A stretch of DNA of 63,918 nt, counting the filler, from Chiloscyllium plagiosum (lineage: Eukaryota), in NCBI RefSeq assembly GCF_004010195.1. It is 4 parts of one record of this genome, joined end to end, with 100 filler letters (N's around TTAATTAATTAA, not from the genome) between each part and the next. Parts side by side here need not be neighbours in the genome. Positions count along the whole stretch, not along the records: positions 59,185 to 63,918 come from NC_057710.1; 3 more parts are not named here. One strand, written 5' to 3'. This document shows, piece after piece, positions 62,127-63,918 of this stretch; position 1 is the stretch's first letter, and each line of letters opens with the position of its first letter. The translations under genes were made by a program, and so were the position numbers. The notes below the pieces were generated by a model. That model was not told where the DNA came from. It did not search any database and worked only from the letters and a program-made list of their open reading frames with translations.

Positions 62127-62929
62127 GTATGAATTGCATACTATACTTGATATTTTTTTTCTAAGGTACTGTCTTATAAGGATAATATCCTTTGTTGTAA
62201 AAAAATAAGAATTAGGAACAACCTCAATGATAAATTTTTGAATGGCAACCTATAGAAGCTGAACTTCAATTTCAGTGATATCCCATGATCAGTGACCAGT
62301 TGTGTCAGTATGTATACTGACAAAATAGCAGTTAAACAGCATACACATTAAGAGTAATAATGGAAAGAACGGGGGTGGTAAAATGCAAGACTCATTTAGG
62401 GCTTTTGAAAATCAAAAGGTAAATCATTAAAGCAAAGATGTTGAAGTCAGTGTAATGAGTGAAGAAAGGACCATCACATATCAATCAGAAGGGAGTGACA
62501 AATGAGTATTAATCCAGTGTTGAACAAGCAAAGGATGCATGAAGAGATAGCTGGAGGAGTTTTTGGAACAGGTGTGGAACATAACCTTGGAGGAATTTGC
62601 AGAGGACAAGTGGTATCTGGAAACCAAAACCTCAAGAGGCAGAGAACCGATTGGGTTTGCCAAGTGTGAAGAGGACAGATATTCACACCTGCTTGAGGTC
62701 CAAATTGAAACTATGTTTTGAGTATCAAAGTTGATGATTTCAGTTTAACAAGTACTGATGATCTATGTTAAGTGTGGACTTCTCCAGGCAGGTATGCAGT
62801 TGGAGAAAGTAAGATCAGCAGGGGTGAAACCAATCATCTTTAGCTAACTTGACAAAAGGACACTGAAATAAATAATTTTGCCAAGGGTGATAGTATGCAA
62901 ATAATTAAACTGAGGCAGTCAACAATAGA

Positions 62930-63430
62930 AGACAGAAATTTCCCTGTACCTCCAACAATGTCATCTACTGTATCCGTTGTACCCGATGTGGTCTCCTCTA
63001 CATAGGGGAAACAGGACACCTTCTTGCAGATCATTTCAGAGAACATCTCTGGGACACCCACACCCACCAACCCCACTGCTCTGTGGCTGAACACTTAAAC
63101 TCCCCCCCCCACCCCACTCAGTCATGGACATGCTGGTCCTGAGCAGCCTGCACCGCCAAACCATTAACATCTGATGCCTGAAGGAAGAATGCCTTATATT
63201 CTGCCGTGGGACCCTGCAACCACACGGGATCAATGTGGATTTCAACAGTTTTCTATTTCCTTTCCCCACACATTAACCCAGACCCAAGCCTCCAACTCAG
63301 CACTGCCCTCCTGACCTGTCCACCACCTTTCCCATCTATCCTCGCCACACCCCCAACCCCTCACCTTGTCTCTCCTCCTCAGATGCTGCCTGACCACCTG
63401 TGCTTTTACAGCACCACACTCTCGAGTCAA
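62930..63430 (+). mobile_element. Penelope-like element 3' fragment with GIY-YIG remnant and partial terminal repeat
   Basis: CTSNNVIYCIRCTRCGLLYIGETGHLLADHFREHL; ends gatgctgcctgacc...cagcaccacactct. Confidence 0.85.
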
Positions 63431-63831
63431 CAATAGAACTATGAGATAAACCAGAGGGCATATGTGGGTATGAGCCTTAAATTCAACAGAGAGGTTGAGG
63501 ACCATCACAGAATCTCATTTGTGTCTAAATTCAACATTTTGCTGTTTCGTTTAGGGCAAAAACTTAATTTGGCATCCCTGAACTTAGATCTGACTGTGTG
63601 AATATAATGCTGAGGCAGCAACTTGTTGCAGGATGTTGGGATTAAAAGCAAGAGAAATGCAATTATTTTCAGAGATAGTAGAGTATTTACTGAGTTCAGC
63701 TAATGTCCTAGGTGTCAGTTGCACTGTGTTTCTACTGATATACATATTAAATGCATTTTAAAAAAATCAAGGGATGATGCGGATAGTGCAGGAAAATAGT
63801 ATTAAGGTGGCAGATTAGACATGATCGTAAT

Positions 63832-63918
63832 GATTAGATTAGATCACTTACAGTGTGGAAACAGGCCCTTCGGCCCAACAAGTCCACACCGACCCGCCGA
63901 AGCGCAACCCACCCATAC
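63832..63918 (-). mobile_element. 3' tail of a CR1-related SINE or LINE (HE1/HER1-like), truncated by window end
   Basis: (gatta)n tail followed by cagtgtggaaacaggcccttcggcccaac, the same 3' motif class as the CR1 ends in this window. Confidence 0.7.

Noticed and set aside
13313..62762. Other CTGATGA heptamers (about 13313, 33617, 39225, 48305, 56428, 62755) as hammerheads or C/D boxes
   Set aside because: No stem II followed by GAAA and no convincing paired C/D box with terminal stem.

Overview
Repeat-rich vertebrate genomic DNA, most likely from a cartilaginous fish (shark); this is inferred from the CR1, Penelope-like, Deu-domain SINE and L1 repeat complement and from the protein sequences. 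Only four host coding exons are recognisable, from three genes: a CORIN frizzled-domain exon (7936-8143, +), the last coding exon of GABA-A receptor beta-1 (GABRB1, 38768-39115, -) and two C-terminal ATP8A1 exons (61293-61381 and 62034-62126, +). Their order and orientation match human 4p12-p13 read in reverse. They are separated by artificial 100-nt linkers (N44-TTAATTAATTAA-N44), so the window is scaffolded contigs with much intervening DNA missing. The rest is mostly mobile DNA: many CR1 LINEs (three with 5'UTR and esterase-type ORF1), a rearranged L1 with a 14-bp TSD, a decayed Gypsy pol, solo LTRs, a pogo/Tigger-like MITE and several Penelope-like fragments. The most interesting non-coding signal is a set of five minimal hammerhead-ribozyme-like motifs (CUGANGA-A-stem II-GAAA-palindromic stem III-NUH) in the Penelope terminal repeats, in two distinct sequence families. 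No CRISPR array, tRNA or rRNA gene was seen. Repeat boundaries are approximate unless a TSD or TIR is quoted.
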